Sequence record: SRR22947727_1183
Direction: 5' to 3' (one strand)
Length of the DNA stretch: 45,273 bases
The position numbers and the translations under genes are program-made. Positions 44,604-45,273 of this stretch are shown in pieces. Numbering within the stretch: position 1 is the stretch's first letter; each line of letters starts with the position of its first letter. The notes beneath the pieces are model-generated. The model was given only the letters and a program-made list of their open reading frames with translations, was not told the origin of the DNA and did not search any database.

Positions 44604-45272
44604 TCAAGGTAGGCGTTCATAAATTGCGCCATAGTTCATTCCTTCGCGAAACCGATAGATCTCCGTGTAATTGGCACTGTCTTGCCCGAGTACGGAAAGC
44701 TTGCGTTTATCGATGTTGGCAAGAAGATCGCCCGACTTTGGGGCATACGGCTCACCACTGCCAGTGCCATAGACAACGATGTAACTGCCGTTATCAGGGT
44801 TCAGTTCGATCAGCCGCTCATAGGGAAGCCGGGCATATTCAGGTCGACCGAACCAGGTCTGCATATAAATCAGGTTTCGGGCTTCTCCCGTGCGGCGCCG
44901 GGCTTTAAGAAGAGCTTCAAGCTGTTCAAAGCTGGATTGCCATTTTTTCTGGGTCATTTGAATCTTGCTGACCCGTTTGGCAAAGGTGTGGGGTTGGTTG
45001 TTCTCCAGTGCGAGCACCCCCAAGCCCACTCCCATGCCAATGGCACGAATTGTGGCCGGACCCGCTCGACCGCTCAGGGCAGGAGCAACCCAGAGGCTCC
45101 AAACAAAGGCAAAGTCCATCACAGCGACGAGCTGTACAGGCAGCGTCCAAAAGCTTTCATAGGGGTACCCCACACTGAGAAATAGAGCCATTGCGTAGGC
45201 GAGGGCGGCCAGGTTGAGACCATCAAGGAGGTTGGCCTGACAGCGCCGCAACCTGCAGGAGCTGGTGAATGC
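44604..45272 (-). CDS. Multi-pass membrane protein (paralog 3), 5' end outside the window
   Basis: LLDGLNLAALAY, LPVQLVAV.D, NLIY...WF, RLIELNP, GAIYERL match paralogs 1 and 2; frame open to the window edge. Confidence 0.78.
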   Translation of the reverse strand, partial: AFTSSCRLRRCQANLLDGLNLAALAYAMALFLSVGYPYESFWTLPVQLVAVMDFAFVWSLWVAPALSGRAGPATIRAIGMGVGLGVLALENNQPHTFAKRVSKIQMTQKKWQSSFEQLEALLKARRRTGEARNLIYMQTWFGRPEYARLPYERLIELNPDNGSYIVVYGTGSGEPYAPKSGDLLANIDKRKLSVLGQDSANYTEIYRFREGMNYGAIYERLP

Positions 45273-45273
45273 G

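Overview
This 45-kb window looks like a marine picocyanobacterial (Synechococcus-type) chromosome, judged from gene content and GC-rich coding style. The first ~11 kb is intact core-type metabolism: two hypotheticals, a bidirectional terminator, glgP, a CPA2 Na+/H+ antiporter, an alpha/beta hydrolase, an aldose epimerase, glcE, a DUF1537 kinase and glcF. Between glcF and icd lies a ~5.5-kb accessory insert. It holds a three-gene cassette (doubly frameshifted 2OG-Fe(II) oxygenase, an unannotated protein with a ten-strand ABBA prenyltransferase-barrel-like pattern, and a PhyH dioxygenase) plus an AT-rich GT-C glycosyltransferase and a sulfotransferase-like gene. After icd, a decayed GtrB-like GT2 and heme oxygenase, a ~25-kb surface-glycan locus follows. 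It contains an ABC exporter, many glycosyltransferases, three more sulfotransferases, a full Kdo pathway (kdsA/B/C and kpsF/kdsD) with no recognisable Kdo transferase, three paralogous GT-C-like membrane proteins, an HGSNAT-like acetyltransferase and a tRNA nucleotidyltransferase. Several accessory genes carry single-base frameshifts or nonsense codons, and the nucleotidyltransferase frame break coincides with a perfect 21-bp inverted repeat. No rRNA, tRNA, CRISPR array or transposase was seen. All calls come from motif reading; no database searches were run.
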